A DNA stretch of 64,000 nucleotides. It comes from Podarcis tiliguerta. Its lineage: Eukaryota. The notes under the pieces are model-generated. The model was given only the letters and a program-made list of their open reading frames with translations. It was not told the origin of the DNA and did no database searches. Location: NCBI GenBank assembly GCA_965153285.1, contig OZ229113.1. One strand, 5' to 3'. Shown here one piece after another: positions 23,471 to 38,400 of the stretch. The translations under genes were made by a program, and so were the position numbers. Within the stretch, counting starts at the first letter, position 1. Every line of letters starts with the position of its first letter.

Positions 23471-26400
23471 GCTCATAATCTGGCAAATGCACACAAAATT
23501 TGCTATCTTTATGTGTTGCTTAACTAGCTGACTCTGGTACTTGGCACGCTACAAATCGTTGAAATTGAACATTAATGTTGACTTCCATTTGCACCATATT
23601 TTCTATCCCCTAGCTGCCTTTTTTCCTTGCAGAACTCCCGTCTTTTCCTCCTACTTGACAGATAGACGCATCTGTGCACATCCTCCCTGTGGTTGGGAGA
23701 ATGAGTTGGCTACAAGTCAAATACTCTTCTTTCATCCCATCCGTTATTCAGGTAGACAATGCTGTGATCTCCAGATGATGTTGGACTGCAACTTTCGTGA
23801 TCCTTGACCATTGACCATGTTGTCAAGGGCTGATGGGAGTCCAAAAACATCTGGAGGGCCCCACATTGGCTGCTTCTGCACTATATCCTCTTAATTTATC
23901 CCCTCACTGGTTTGTACTATTTGAAACTTCATAGGTATTTAAATAAAAATATTAAAAAATTGTCCAGTAGCACCTTAGAGACCAACTACTGGTTAAGTCT
24001 GCATTCACTTCACTTCTCTCTCTTTTCAGTTCTCCAACTTGCTGGGTACAGTCTACCGACATGGAAACCTGAATTTCACTCCAGATGGGAACTCTCTGAT
24101 TAGTCCTGTGGGAAACAGAATTACCGTCTTTGACTTGAAAAAGTATGCATCTTCTTTCATTGTCTTTATAAATGAGCTTTCTCAAAGAGTAGATGATCAC
24201 TAGAGGTACTGAGCCTCTGCATACAACACAGACTGTTAAAAGGGCTACTTTGGTCTGTTTCTGGGTCTCTTCTGTTGTTCCACTATAGTGAAAGAATGTG
24301 CTCCATTATCAAAGTTATAAAATGGGCTAATGAATAGTACACTGTATTCACACTGGGAAGGATGTAGCTATGTCCCACTCCCCTTCATACATGTGGGATG
24401 ACATAAAGGAAATCTGGCCTGAGAAACATGGTATTGTGTGCAGAAATGTATTTCTATGTGCAATTCACACTTCCTGGATTGGGCAGAGGTGTATAACAGA
24501 TTAGCATTTTGCATACAGTTCTGTCACTGTTTGGACGTTTTATTGATTCTTTCACCCTCTTCTCTCCCAGTAACAAGTCTGAAACATTACCACTGGCAAC
24601 CCAGTACAATGTCGCATGTGTGGGACTCTCTCCAGATGGAAATCTTGCTATATTAGTTGATGAAGGTATTTTAGATTTTTAATATAATGAAAAAGAATTC
24701 AATCAGTATCACAAATTTTTAACAGAAATATAAGTTACAGTTAGATTCATTTTAAGTATAACTATCTTTTATATATTATGTTCTACAATCAAGGCAAAAA
24801 ATGTTGTTTGCTTTTATTATAGTCCTCTGAATAACATGACTCTTTTATTTCATTTAGAAATTTGAGTTTGAAATTGGGCTGAATATGAATGATGCTCAAT
24901 CTGTTTGTTCTTTTTCCAACAGAGGGAGCTGCCTTACTTGTCAGCTTGATCAGTAAATCTGTGATTCATCAGTTCCATTTTCAGAAACCTGTGCACAGTG
25001 TCTGTTTTTCCCCAAGTGGAAAGTAAGAGAAACTTCCTGGTTTTGTATTCATTTTATTTTTTTGTATGTATAAGTGATAGTAGTACCAGTTGTTGTTGAA
25101 TTGAATTTTGCTTTTCATAGGAGTTGGGAAGTAATAGACACAGTGGGAAACGTGACCTTTTTTACTGGATCACTTTTATACACCCAATATCAATATGCTT
25201 CTTGTACAAAAGTGTCTGATGACAAAATAATTACAAATTATAATTACAAATAACTATCTAGCTGTAAATACAGACTTTCGCTTATGTTTATCTATGTGTG
25301 TAGAAGTATAAACCTTGGAAACCTGCACAGTTCTACTGCATTATCTTGCTTGGCTTGGCGTCATCTTGTTCATTTTTCTTTCTCTTCTGAATAATTATGT
25401 ATGTTAAGTTCATTTTTCATATTATGTTAAACAGGAAATTTGTGGTCACAAAGGAGAACGTTGCTCTGATGTACCATGCCCCAGGAAAAAAGCGAGAATT
25501 TAATGCGTTTGTCCTTGACACAACTTACTATGGTGCATATGACGAAACAACATGCATTGATTGGACAGATGATTCTAAGTAAGTTTTAATATATGCAGTT
25601 TACCAAGGCAACATAGAAAATGAGCAAATACATTGAAAGCCAATTCGACTTGGGTTGATTGTATCTGCTGATACATTTGAAAATCTTGCATTGCAAAAAG
25701 AAAAGAAAATCTTGCATTGCTCTTTTTAGGAGCAATGTATTTAGGCAGTGCCTCACCTCATAAATTCCCTTAACAGTAATGCTAAAAGTTCAGGTTATTG
25801 TTTCAGGATTCTCCAATGTCCACATTTTTCATTCGTTAATAGAGATTTTGTTAACTCCTGAGTTAATAAACAATTTTTATTAGAGTAAACATAGAGGGTT
25901 GGGTCTAGCAGAACCTGTCTGCAAATGGAAAGATTCTTTCTCTACACAGAAGGTGCTGCAGTCAAGCCCCAGCTTCCCTGAATATAAAGAGGGACACACT
26001 TTTTTTAATCTGTTCCTCCTACAGCTCTCTGCTGCCACTTCGTACACTGTTCCAGAGGTTCCCCAACCCTCCAGAGTAGATGGGGTGTATATGTGCAGAG
26101 AATTGTAGAAGAGAAGGACCAGTGAAAATCGCCTTCCCCACTCTTCTTTGAGACCTGGAAACATCCCATTTATTGAATAGAAATCCTCTCATGGATCTCT
26201 GAATCCAACAAGATTTGTAATGCAATCATTTCCATCGTTCCATACAATTATTCCATTCTTTAAAAAAGGGTTGTTGAAATATATAAAAAATGACTCCTTA
26301 ATTTTCTCCTCTTTCAAATAAATATAATGTATTTCTCCGAATTCACTGTCTATAAAAGTTTACTTAAATCGGTTTCTAATATCATTAAGTGTCCACTGAT

Positions 26401-29400
26401 CTATTTCAATTGCCTCTGTTTTGTATATCCACATGTACATACTTTGGCCAATAGCAGTAAGGGATCGACCGGATGCCTTTTCCCAGTTTAAACTGGAGAG
26501 ACTATCCACTCAGATGGCGGGAACTGGGAACTGCTTTGGAATCCCATGATTTCCTTCCAGTGGCAGTGAACCTTTGGATCCAAATCTGTCTCTTCCTTCC
26601 TTGCTATCTTTGCAAAGGCCTCTCACTCTCAATAGAGAGTTGAGCAGTATAAACTGCTTGTTGACATATCCACTATGATGTAGTTTTTGAGATGTTCTAA
26701 CGGCGATTCTTTTATTCTAGATGTTTTGCAGTAGGAAGCAAAGATATGTCAACATGGGTGTTTGGAGCAGAGCGATGGGCCAATCTGATTTATTATGCAT
26801 TGGGAGGTCATAAGGATGCAATTGTTGCCTGTTTTTTTGAAGGAAACAGTCTAGATGTATGTACCTCTTATATATATATTGCATTGGTTTTTATGGTTAG
26901 TGTACTTTGCTTTTGGATAATTATATGGCACAAGTCAATGAAAGGCTGTGTATAGTCTACTTTCCTCAAGGTGTTCACATACTGTAGGGGTCTTCTGCAG
27001 ATTGCTTATCTGGGAGGCAGTGGCAGTTCTTTAAAAACGTGCCCAGAACTGATGTCCTGGGTGCCCAGAAATAAGCCAGCAATCGGCACCTCAGATATAT
27101 TATGTTCCCATATTTCTAAGTCCAGAAGGGGCCTGTTATGTATTTTGGACATTGGCAGTTAATTAATGTATATATTTAGAATGTATGTATACAGTGGAGC
27201 TCAAAAGTGTACAATAAACATAAGAGAACAATAAAGTAGGATCCCAACAAGGCTTTATATTTGGTCTAAAAATTCAGTTTATTAGACATCTCACATCCAA
27301 GCTTGCTTTCTCTCAAATAAGTTCAAATTGAAAGATAATGTCTTTGTAATTAGGTACACAGGAAGCTGGCTCATACTGAATCTAACTATTTATCTATCGG
27401 GCTCAGTCTTGTCTATACTGACTGGTAGTGAGTTTCCAGGCTTTTAGGCTGGAGCTTTTCACAGCTCTATCTGGAGACATGAGGGATTGAATTGGGGATC
27501 TGCATGACTATGTTGCAAGGGAGATGCTTTTTTGCTGAACTGTGGTAATTTTTTTCCTTGTAAGTCAAGTAGCTTACAAGATTCTGTTTTACAGTTTCAT
27601 GAGAGAACATTTTATTCTTAGAGAATTGCAGTCTTTTGAGCTAAGTATCCTTTTGACTCTCAGTTGAGCGTAGTGACATCAAATGTTTGTTTAGCTCATC
27701 TGCTTAAGGCTCATTTCAGTTGTGCAATGATGGTAACCATTATGTTTTGGTGTTCCAGTTGTACACTGTCAGCAGAGATGGGGCTTTGTGTGTCTGGCAG
27801 TGTGATACAGAACTAGATGGTTTGAAAGTTCGACCCCCAAAAGATCAAACTGAAGATAAGGCAGAATTGGCAGAAGGCCTAGATGAAGAGTTGATGGAAG
27901 AACAGAAGGGCAAAGAGGTCCATGGGAAAGCCAGCTCACATAAGAAAAAAGAGAAGGGAAAGAGAGTAAAATACTCATGTGCTGCCAAGTAAGTGATCTT
28001 CCAGAGAGAAAAGGAGGAATATGTTGCAACCAGGAGCTTGGTCATGCAGTCAAAGCCAGTGTATATGAAAACAAAACAGTTCCATTTGACTATCTCATTG
28101 TCACACTATGAATGTGCTGCAGGCATGACTATTGATTAGGATTATGGCATTCTAACCTTCTAAAGTGTGAAGATCTCCCACACCACAATCTCCAAGCATG
28201 TTCAACTGAATACACTTAGACTTTCCCTTGCAGTGGACAGCACTGCCTTAACAAGCATCCAGTTAATAAGAAACAGGCTCAGACTTCCCCTATCAGTGTG
28301 GCAGGATCTGAAGTGGACATGTTGGAGGTGGAACAGAAAAATGCCATACCGAGCAATTCTATCCCCTGATTCACTGGTTAACCAGGGGGTGGGGGCAGGC
28401 ATTGCTCTGCTGCCGAGTCCCCACTGTGCCTGACAGTGCATGGGTAGGTGGAAGCTACTGCTGGTGGTATCCAGTGTTAACCACAACATTGTTTCTTCCT
28501 TTGACTGTTTTATAGCATCTTTTTTTGTTTTTTTAAAAAAGTGGTGGGTTGGATGTTGCTTGGATTTTTAAGAGATGGCTACGTGGGTGGCGCTGTGGGT
28601 AAAACCTCAGTGCCTAGGATCATATGGTCGATCATATGGTCGGCGGTTCGAATCCCTGTGGCGGGGTGAGCTCCCGTCGTTTGGTCCCAGCTCCTGCCCA
28701 CCTAGCAGTTCGAAAGCACTCTTAAGTGCAAGTAGATAAATAGGGACCGCTTTATAGCGGGAAGGTAAACGGCGTTTCAGTGTGCTGCGCTGGTGCTGGC
28801 TCACCAGAGCAGCTTCGTCACGCTGGCCACGTGACCCGGAAGTGTCTTCAGGCAGCGCCGGCTCACGGCCTCTAGAGCGAGATGAGCACGCAACCCTAGA
28901 GTCGGACATGACTGGCCCGTACGGGCAGGGGTACCTTTACCTTTTACCTTTCTTTACTTGTTTTTACTTCATGTCCAAAATGTCAGAGTACCATTGGTCT
29001 TTTGCTGGTGCATTATGAAATTAATTGAGTGGTAAATATGCTCTGCATTAAACGCATGTCAGTAGCATATTTCAATTGTTTTCTCAGATACTTTTTCAAC
29101 AAAGAAGGTGATTTTAACACCTTGACAGCTGCAGCTTACCACAAGAAAATCCACCTACTAGTCACTGGCTTTGCGTCTGGAATTTTTCACCTCCACGAAC
29201 TTCCAGAATTCAATCTCATCCATTCTTTAAGGTAAGTATGGATATTGCTTATTATAGAGAAATGTAGTTCTAGAGAAAGAACAAATCTTTTTTTTTCTTT
29301 AAAAGCAATTTCTGCTTTATAAGCTTGGACAGAGTGATACTGGTATTAGTGTCCTTTCTTCATCTACAGGTCCTTATGACTTAATAATGCATTATTTTAT

Positions 29401-32400
29401 GTGTCTGAAATTTTAGCATGGGCACCCAAATATTTCACTTCGCTTTAAGCAGTTTCTTTCTTTCTTTTTGCTACTTAGCATTTCGGACCAAAGGATCGCA
29501 TCTATTTCTATCAACAGTACTGGTGACTGGATTGCTTTTGGGTGTGCAGGTGCGTAACTATAAGACACAGTTGAATGAGGGCTTGTTTATACAATCAGTT
29601 ATGTTGAGAGAACCCTATGACGCACTTCATCCGTGGAAATTCCTTTAGATATAAATTGGGGGCTGCTGGGATGAGAAGCTTAAATCTTCAGCTCTGCTGG
29701 TGTTAAGTCCCCAATGCTGATTCTGTTGAAGACACCATAACATAACTTGCTTATCCTTGCTCAGTCGAGGTTCAGCCAGGTGAGGTGAAGCTAGTAAGCC
29801 AAGCTGGTGTAAGTTCCCAAAAGTCGTGGCAGGGGCAGGACCAGAGCCCTCTCTCTGACTTCGGCTGGATCCTGAGCCCATTCAGTTTGGTTGCATGACC
29901 TGCCATAGAATACACCTAGAAAGGCTTGCTGTGCTCAGGCAGAGCAGCAGCCCCACTGTTGGACAGTGTTTGGATCAGATTTCACTTCATGCTCTCTTAA
30001 CCTACACCAGCTTGCTTTGCGTCAGCTTCTTGTGCATATGATTGCTCCTTTAGAGACTTTGGAAAGTTATCACATCCAGGCAAAATTAGGGAGGTTGGAC
30101 CCATTTCTTTATCAAGCTGGGTTATGAAATCACGAACAATAGCAGGCTCAGTCAGAATCTCCTTTCTTGTTACTTGAATACATTGGTTTGGGCCCTAGCT
30201 TCTGGAGCAGGAGAAAACAAGCTTCCTCCAAGCTTCCTTTTAGATATTTGAAGGTGGCTATCATATCTCCTCTTTTCCAGCTAAACATACCCAGCTTCCT
30301 CAACCATTCCTCCTCATAAGGCTTGGTCATGGCAATGTGTGTTGCATTGCCAGTTCATGCATCATGTTGTCCTTGTGAATATGGGCAAGCACAAGCTTGT
30401 GTAAAAAATAAGAATCCATTTGAACCCTGAGAGCGGTGAAATGCTAATCCAGTTTGGCCAGTCTTGATTGGTGCAGTTCTTACACCCACCATATTTCTGA
30501 ACTCATTAATTGCAATTTACAGACTTAGCTTTGTGTTTGTTGGTGTATTCTATCTATTGGTGCTGCAGGAAAATGTATACATTGACTAGTTGTATTTGAG
30601 TTTGAACTACTTGTCATTATCCTTCCAGGTCTGGGGCAGCTTCTGGTTTGGGAATGGCAGAGCGAGTCCTATGTGCTAAAGCAGCAAGGCCATTTCAACA
30701 GCATGGTTTCTCTTGCATATTCTCCAGATGGGCAGTACTTAGTCACTGGCGGAGATGATGGGAAAGTAAGTTTGCCGCATGTTATTGAGCATGGAGTTTG
30801 TAACTCTCTAAAATCTGCAATTTCTGGGCATATACTATAAAGATACTAAGAAAGGAGCTCTTAAAGCTTCTAGGAGCTAGGAATCTTAATTTATTTTGGA
30901 TATGTTGTCATTCCTGTTTGCTATGGGTGATGCTTGCATTATTTTTTAGAAAAAAGACATTAGTGTATATTTGGAGCAGAAGCAAAGCTGTGTAACATGG
31001 AAGTTGACCATGTTCTTGGTTGGCTGTAGCGATTCGTAATGTCTGGCCAGATCATATTGTCAGTGATGTTTCCAACTGACAACAAAATGATAAATTCATG
31101 TCCTTGGGCTTCTGCATGTGTGATTTTGAATGGCTTGCTTAACTTTCCTGGAAGTTTAGCTCTGCTAAGTGTGGTGTACGGGAGTGTTCTTTCAGTGACT
31201 TGAATCTCAATACTGTGTCAGTCCCAGAAAAGGAATATTTCTGAAGCTTACTGGAGCATTTTCTGTTTTATTTTCAGGTGAAGGTGTGGAACACCAGCAG
31301 TGGGTTCTGTTTTGTAACTTTTACAGAACATACAAGCAGTATATCTGCTGTAACATTTACTGCTTCAGGATATGTCATTCTGAGTGCTTCCCTAGATGGG
31401 ACAGTTCGAGCTTTTGATCTGCACAGGTAAATTATTCTTTTACCCCCTAGCAAAATTCTCTCTTCCCTGAGCTTGGAGTGGAAAACCAGAGAATTCAGAG
31501 GGAATATTAATATCTAGAATGTTGTTTGGTTATATGTGGTACACTCCTCTTGTGCCATTGAGCATTTCATAATTTTGAAAGTATCCAGTAGAAAAATTGC
31601 ACCCAGTTTCAGAAACAACCAAAGCCTAGGCTTCTCCATTGAGGAGAAGCCTAGGCTTTGGTTGTATAAATATAATTTATTTAAGGTAATCAGTTGTTCA
31701 CTTGGGATATTCCAAAACTTTTTGTGATATCACTGAGGGACTTTTACCTAGAATAGTATACAGGCACCAAAGTTCTTCCTTAAATCACATTCCTGCATGT
31801 TTTAAACAGGTACCGCAATTTCCGCACCTTCACTTCCCCACGACCAACACAATTCTCTTGCTTGGCTGTGGACTCCAGTGGCGAGATTGTTTCAGCTGGT
31901 TCTCAGGACTCCTTTGAAGTATTTGTGTGGTCAGTGCAGAGTGGGCGACTCTTAGATGTAAGAGACATTTTGTTTTGGTTGTCTCAACACCTTTTGAAAC
32001 TCCTTTTAATTGAGGCTGATTCCATCCTTACAGTAGAGACCGTATATATTTGCAGGATTTAAAAGAATCATTCAATTTGAGTGAGTTGAGCGTGATTAAA
32101 AATATGATTAAAAATAGGCACATCTTTAATTTATCTTACTAGCTAATGTGCAGTTTTTGCATCTAAATTCAGCTTCTAACATCTAACCCTACTGATCGGC
32201 ACAGCTGTGCCCACTTGGTGTTCCCTGTGTCTTCATAGCTTCAACAGAATCCTTTGTAGAGAGGTCTGCCTATCGTTTTCACTCCCATTATGATCATTCA
32301 ATATAAGGATGTATCCCATGTATGTTAGCTGTTCTGTGTGTGCTGCCATGCTGAATCTGGCAATGATATCTGTTGCCAAATAGTCATGTCTCGCAATGCT

Positions 32401-35400
32401 GAACCACAGCTGTGATGGCGATACAGTGATTGTTCTAGTGTTCTGTATTGAAAGTCCTAGTGCTTGTGATCCTGGATCCTTGCTCTGATTTGGTGGTGCA
32501 TTAGAAGGATCTGGTCATGTGCTTTGCTGATTTTAAATGTGGCCCAAAAGTCATATACTATAGTAACTTTAAATGTTGGGAATTGCAACCCGGTAATGGT
32601 ATCTCTGATGTGCAGTTTTTGCATTTTGTATGTGTTTTGCATGCATTTAGTTCCATCTGTGGATTATTTTTTTCCTGTATAAGATCCTGTGTAAACCAAC
32701 ATGTATAAAAGAAATCAAATTGGCTTTTCTCCATTAGGTCTTAGCTGGTCATGAAGGCCCCATCAGTAGCCTGTGTTTTAATCCCGTCAAGTGTGTCCTA
32801 GCAAGTGCCTCTTGGGATAAGACAGTCAGGTTGTGGGATATGCTGGATAGCTGGAGGACCAAGGAAACACTGGCACTGAACTCGGATGGTGAGTCCCTTG
32901 GAAATCTCTTGTGCGAATGCAGGTAGCTATGTTCTCCATGTGATGTTGGGTGGCTGGTTAAAGCTTCAATTGGTCCTAGGTTCTGGGAAGAAAGCTTGCA
33001 TATAATGCAGGTTTTTCCTCACAACTGGAACTTAATTCATCAGGTAGTACATCTGTGTTTACTTGTATTTACTTGAAGCAATTCTGTCTCTCCCTTCTTT
33101 GTTGCCCATTCCCAGGGTGGGTTGTAAAGCATGCAGCGCACCATAAACTGCAATAAATACTATAATAACAAGCTGAAGGATCAGATGAGAAACAGTCAAT
33201 GAGCAAGCATTATAAGATTCATATTAAAATGAGTAAATGCAGTCATTGAATCTCCATTGCATACAAGCTTGGCAATACACATACATTTGCATTAAAAACC
33301 AACCAACCTGGTACAGCAGGTGTCAGCAGTACCTGCTGTAAAATGTAAACTGCAAAAGGTTCAGAAATGAAAAAAATGAAAATGAAAAAAATGCCAGGAT
33401 AAATGGTTATGTTTCAGCACGACTTCAGCATCGTCTTTGTGACGATGGATATGTTATGTGTTGAGCGTGTGTGTTCATGTGTGATTTCTGGAAATTCTGA
33501 ATCTGGTTTCATTGAGTTTATCTGTGTGTGTGTTTTTAACAACTGAGGGCAATGTGGCTGAAATGTACATACAGGAAGGTGTGACTTTGGTTTTGCTCCC
33601 TTACCTTTTCCAGTGCTCGCTGTTGCTTTTCGTCCGGATGGCAATGAACTTGCAGTTGCTTCCTTGGATGGACAGATCACTTTCTGGGACCATGAAAATG
33701 CTGTGCAGACTGGATCAATTGTGGGGCGACATGACCTTCAGATGGGCAGAAAAGAGCTGGACAAAATAACCGCCAAGCAATCTGCTAAGGGGAAGTAGGT
33801 AGACTTTTAAAAAAAAAAAAATTTTTTTTTGGTTTACAGAAGTACATGCCTTGTCTCTTTTTTCAGGTTGTAAAGTCTTTTCTACAGATCAGTTACATTT
33901 GTTATGAGACCTTAGTGTTGAGTACAGTATAAGGTCAGGGATGGAGAGGGGTGGTGGTGGTGAAACTTACATTCTTTTTTATCCTGTATGTGTGGGGTTT
34001 TGTGTCAGCGTCAACTGGAAAGGTTCTCTTTCTATTTGCTTGTTACATAAGTACGTTGACTATTTGATCACAGGGTTGGGAGGGATCTCCAGTGTCATCT
34101 AACCCATTTGTGACCGTATTCTGGGAAGGATTAGCTCTCTTCCTTTGAATTAGGGATACTTAATATAGTTGTTGGAATTAACTACCTGTGTATCTGGTGA
34201 ACTTGAGTTTTATTAGACTAGTTTTAATAGAGAAGTAGGAAGCTTATGCATTGCTTGCTGCCTTTGAAAGCTCTCTTGTGCATCCTATTGACTTTTTGTA
34301 AATTAAATGTGTCTCCTTACTGCAGATAAAGGTGTGCGTACGTGATTGTATTAGTATCTGGTTTTGATAACTTCTTAAGATGTGGTCATCTGACTTAATG
34401 CTCCCATCAGCTATGAGCTTGTAGTCAGAGTCTTAGGTTTTACTTGTTGCTGTGTGAAAGGTAACCTTGCAATTTGTTAGAGCTCATTCAGCACCCTTCT
34501 TACCATGTTAGCAGGCAAAGGCAGTAAGAGAATGGCAGGCGTATGTTTTGAAGGACTGTATCCAGATAACTTATTCAGATAATTTTTGCAAAGAATGAAC
34601 TTATTGCAGGTAGGTTTTTAAACAGTGATGGACATGTCAGGCGATATGAGTATTTTCTCTTTTTTTTAATCTCCCACTAATAAAATAGAAGGCTCTACTA
34701 TAATTAATAACCCCGTGGTATTCAGGCTGTCACAACATTGTTTATTTCAATCCTGCCCTTCTATTATGTGTTGAGTCTCTTTAGTTCATGAAAAAATGAT
34801 TTTAAGATGGCGATGGTTGGGTAGAGAAATGAGGACCTAATTTCTTAGCACAACAGACATCTATCTGCAGCATAACCAGAATATCTCTCTTGGTGGGAGG
34901 GACTGACTTATAACATAAATCTAACATGTCTTTGTTTTCCTCCCCAGATCTTTTACTACTCTATGTTACTCAGCTGATGGGCAGTGTATTCTAGCAGGAG
35001 GGCAGTCAAAGTTTGTTTGCATTTATCATGTCAAGGAACAGATGCTCATTAAGAAATTTGAAATATCTTGCAACTTGTCTTTGGATGCAATGGAGGTTAG
35101 TGATTGATTCCCCCCCCCCCTTATTTGTTGTATATGTTTGGGTATGATCTATATGACACTATTAAACTGAAGTATGTTTGTGCTTCTGCTTCCCTGTGGC
35201 AACCTGAGTTGTAATCCGTCAATGAATCCAGTCTTTGGACCAAGTGATGCAAATCTGTGCTCCAAAGTATTTTGTTATGACATTCCAATCTATTTCTGGT
35301 ATGAACCAATGTTGTCTTTCTAGTGCGTGACTTTTATCCAGAAAGCATGGGCACATCTTCGATTTGGAGGGATAGAGATTGAGCAAATGCTGTAGCCCTT

Positions 35401-38400
35401 TAAATATTCTGAAACATTATAGAAATTCCAAATAGTTTACCTGAATTCATGTGCCTTCTACCTGAAGAATATAAGCTTTGCAATGTTGTTGTTTTTCAAT
35501 TTTACAGGAGTACTTGGATCGCAGGAAAATGACTGAATTTGGTAGCATGGCATTAATAGATGAAGGAACTGGGGATGATGATAATGTTGCAATCCCTCTT
35601 CCGGGAGTTAAAAGAGGTATCTGTTCCATTTCACAATTTTCAGCTTATCTGCTGTTTCATGTGTGCCAGGTACTCTGTGAGCTAGGAAGCTCCCTTGCTG
35701 AGTCGGGGAGGAATGGAAAGGGTGAGAACATGCAAAGCAAGCCTTTTGTTTATGCTTTCTCACTTTTACTTCCTAAAGCGGTGATCAAACCTTGTTTTTA
35801 AGCTGGGAGTCCAGCTAATAGCACTTTGTCTTCTTTTGACATCTCCTGAAGAGTGAAACCCATTGTGTGAGAATGGGCGCTTGGAATTTAAGATTTCTGA
35901 ATGCTGAGGTCGATGCAGCCATCAGTTTCACATTCTGTGATGGTTCTAGGGCAGTGATTCAGTACCTCGAGCACTGTGGTCGCCACCAGCATTTTCACAT
36001 CCATCCCTGTTTTGTGAAGTTGTCCCTGTTGCCTCTTTCCTGTGTTCTCTCGCAGTTTACCTGTCTTAATCTGTTTCCGCTCCCATCAGCCCCATCCAAC
36101 GCTGCAATCAGAAGGATAGGCAGATTCCTAGACATTACTGCAACAATCTGTTCAGTGACAGTGATGATAGGGAAGGAAATGGGTTGTATCCAACACTGCG
36201 CAAGCAGAGTTCCACTTGTGCAACAGGACTTTCATTGCCTCTCTTTTTCTGGTACATCAGCAAAAGCTGCTCCAAGGGTTCCCCAGCCCTCCAAAAACTT
36301 GAGTGTGTCAGCGGGACTGGTGGGGTACGTGAGAGGAAGTTCTATTGCATGCAGGGAGGTACAGTGGTACCTCGGGTTACATACGCTTCAGGTTACAGAC
36401 TCCACTAACCCAGAAATAGTGCTTCAGGTTAAGAACTTTGCTTCAGTATGAGAATAGAAATTGTGCTCCAGCGGCACGGCAGCAGCATGAGGCCCCATTA
36501 GCTAAAGTGGTGCTTCAGGTTAAGAACAGTTTCAGGTTAAGTACGGACCTTCGGAATGAATTAAGTACTTAACCCGAGGTACCACTGTATGCTGTGTGAA
36601 GCTTTCAGTGTTGGATAGAGCCGAAAATGTAGTTTTCACTATGTTGTTTAAACATTTTACTCTGGCAAACAGTTTTAAACCTTTATAGAAATATTGTACT
36701 GATGACTAAATGGAATTAACATGGATTCTCATGGTTGATACATGCAAAGTTAATATTTAACTCAAGAAGTTCATTAAATTTGTCTTTTCCTTTGTTTCAG
36801 GTGACATGAGTTCTCGCTCCTTTAAACCAGAAATAAGAGTGACCTGCCTCCGCTTCTCTCCTACCGGTGGGTGCTTTTAGAAGGGAGCTGGCAGTGGTGT
36901 GCTGCTGCTTTTAGGATCAGGTTGTGGTGGCTTAAAAGAAATGGAAGGGGCTGTCTTTTTAAAAATTGCTATTAATATTTTTTTTGTTTGCGAATTTAAT
37001 GAGAAGAACAAGGAAAAAGAGGAAATAAAAGAAGAGAAAGAGAGATAATTCTAACTGCCATATACAAATAATACTAAAGATAGACCACCATTAAACATAC
37101 GTTAATAAGCCTTCCAAATGTCTAAATAGGTATCCACACAAAATTGATCCCCATATGAAACATGTGGGGATCCCTGTGTGCTTGTGCTCCCTCAAAATCC
37201 TGCGCCCCTGGCCCTCCCCATGCTATGCCTCTGCCTTGAGTGTTTTCCCTAACACTCCTCACATGCTGTTTTGCGCCTCCATCTCTTGCCATCAGCATTG
37301 AGAGGCAACCAGTCAGACCTCTGCCTTTCATTTGCAGCAGGAAGGAGTAGTGAAGGAAACTTCAAGAAACAAGGATCTGCAGTGACAGGGGCAGGGTAGA
37401 GTCACACCACACATTTAAAGCACAGGGCTTCCCCCAAGGTGCCGTGGAAGCTGTAGTTTGTTAAAGGAACTGGGAATTGAATTAAACTACAGTTCCCACC
37501 ATTACTTGCTTTGGAATGAGATGGCTGTCTTAGTTCACCCCTAGAACAGCATAACTAATCATAATTACTAGATATTTGTCACTTATTTGCACTTTGATTT
37601 GACTAGTGGAAAGTACATGTTTTATGCCAGCCAGTACAGTTAAAGAATAAAGTTGTTTGTACACGTAGGTTTATTCTTCAAGATCATGGTTTATAAAAGC
37701 TGCCTTTAATATAATTTTCCAATATTCCTCCTTCCAGACATGAACAATTTTAACTAGCGCAAGCAATATTTCTCTTGTAGGACGAAGCTGGGCAGCAACA
37801 ACCACAGAAGGTCTTCTTATCTATTCTTTGGACTCTAGTCTGGTCTTTGATCCATACGACCTAGAAATTGACATCACCCCTAGCAGTATTCGTAAAGTAC
37901 TGGTTCAGAAGGAGTACACCAAGGCGATTGTCATGTCTTTTCGACTGAATGAGAAGAAACTGATTCAGGAGGTCCTAGAAACTGTTCCATACAATGAAAG
38001 TAAGCTGGAATTCTGTTGCCAGTCTAATGTGGTGGTTGCAGAAAGCTAGATTTCCTGAAGTTCTAAGACTTCTCCAATACTTGGTTTGCCTATATATTAG
38101 GGAGCAGGGGAAGTATACGAAGTCCCAAATGATCTCAGGTGCTTGACATGTGTGCAAGAATAAGAGGGGGGAAATATATAGAGAGAGAGTGCAGTAGCAC
38201 CTTAGAGACTAACTAAGAACAAACTTATATTTCGTCTCTGTCAGACCAACACAGCTGCCTACCTGAATCTAGAAAGAGGGGGAAATAGGGAAAGAATAGC
38301 ATCGTGAGGTATGGCAGCTTATTGATTTGGATTTCCTTTGCCTGGAGATATCTTTTTTTAATTAAAAAACAACAACTTGGAACTGGAAAGCTTAGTGATG

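Noticed and set aside
22590-23492. Several ORFs over the PWP2 promoter (and similarly at 42543-43672)
   Set aside because: CpG-island composition suppresses stop codons. Only the short first exons are coding.
35867-36451. 194-aa ORF in PWP2 intron 16
   Set aside because: No recognisable homology, and it runs into a MITE. Probably a chance ORF.
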